From contig JBEKAM010000001.1 of assembly GCA_050015915.1 (NCBI GenBank), forward strand, positions 1-47,680: a stretch of DNA of 47,680 nt, in the 5' to 3' direction. A program made the translations under genes and the position numbers. Below, piece by piece: positions 47,045-47,680 of the stretch (its first letter is position 1; each line of letters opens with the position of its first letter). Source of the stretch: Solirubrobacteraceae bacterium. Its GTDB lineage: Bacteria; Actinomycetota; Thermoleophilia; Solirubrobacterales; Solirubrobacteraceae. The notes below the pieces were generated by a model, which was given only the letters and a program-made list of their open reading frames with translations, did not search any database and was not told where the DNA came from.

Positions 47045-47353
47045 GCCACTGCGCCTGGTCTGCGCCAGGTGCGCGCCCACTAGGAGGGTTTGGCGAAGCG
47101 ATTGGCGAAACGCCACAACCCTGTTGGTTCGACGTCCTTCCCGTTCACCGCGTAGACGACGACACCCCGCGGCATTGGAATCCAGAGGCTTCGATTTAGA
47201 CGAAACCGAAGTTCAATCCAACGCTGCCGCGTGCGTGATGAGCGCAGCCAGTCCGGCACGTCGTCCGGTCCCAACCACTTCGTCCAACTCCTAGCTGGGT
47301 CATCGTGCATATCTCAACGGTATCCGCCGCTACGCCTGCGCCGGGAGCGGCAG

Positions 47354-47395
47354 TGCCCCCGCCAGGAGTCGAACCTGGATTTACCGCTTAGGAGG
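47354..47395 (-). mobile_element. tRNA-Arg(CCT) 3' fragment, att site of a second integrative element extending right
   Basis: CCTCCTAAGCGGTAAATCCAGGTTCGACTCCTGGCGGGGGCA has the anticodon loop, T arm and 3' acceptor strand; no D arm or 5' acceptor strand upstream. Confidence 0.8.
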
Positions 47396-47680
47396 ACGGC
47401 TCGGGCTGCGGGCGGAAGGCCAGTATTTGTAGGCGGTTACAGGGGATCGGCCCCGCCTTGACTGATCTTGATCAGGCGGGATTGGGCGCGATTCGGCGGG
47501 GTTTGGGCAGCGGAAGCGGCCTTCTGCCCAATGGTCGCGGCAGTAACCGCTGACAGAAGGCTGCATGCCGTGTCCTGACCGTGTTAGGTTCAACAAGCTC
47601 ACCGTGTTGCATCATCCAGAAGCGGGGATTACCCGTCCTGCTGGGCGCGTGCCTAAGCGGCTAGTTGAAAGGACTCAACC

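Noticed and set aside
47080-47310. 76-aa minus-strand ORF next to the att fragment
   Set aside because: No motif, weak RBS and atypical codon use; cannot be supported, though not excluded
47354-47430. Complete tRNA-Arg gene
   Set aside because: D arm and 5' acceptor strand are missing; it is only an att fragment

Overview
High-GC actinobacterial DNA; gene style and content resemble Thermoleophilia/Solirubrobacterales (an impression, not a database result). The window is mostly core chromosome between two tRNA-targeted integrative elements. On the left is the end of an element (wHTH protein, M48 peptidase, Xis-like HTH, tyrosine integrase) inserted at the 3' end of tRNA-Phe(GAA). On the right, a tRNA-Arg(CCT) 3' fragment marks the att site of a second element. 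Core genes: M23 peptidase, NAD epimerase, gabD, SpoIID, 5'-3' exonuclease, ychF, mce, ftsH, M20 peptidase with an oligopeptide ABC transporter, rarA, sirC-like, ccmABCD-hemA-hemC-cobA/hemD, SAM hydroxide adenosyltransferase, birA, SF2 helicase, TlpA, galT, YccA. Most notable: (1) a translationally coupled EVE/PUA-like-HNH nuclease plus MazG-like dCTP pyrophosphatase cassette, a candidate defence system against modified DNA; (2) an integrase with an HTH inside its catalytic domain and a stop codon inside the antisense tRNA; (3) an aldehyde dehydrogenase homologue lacking both catalytic Cys and Asn; (4) an HD-GYP fused to a CarH-like B12-binding module; (5) a leaderless Cys-rich extension on the siroheme enzyme; (6) an HTH-MNT/HEPN toxin-antitoxin pair coupled to ychF; (7) an unlisted 52-aa ORF. 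All family calls come from motifs read by eye.
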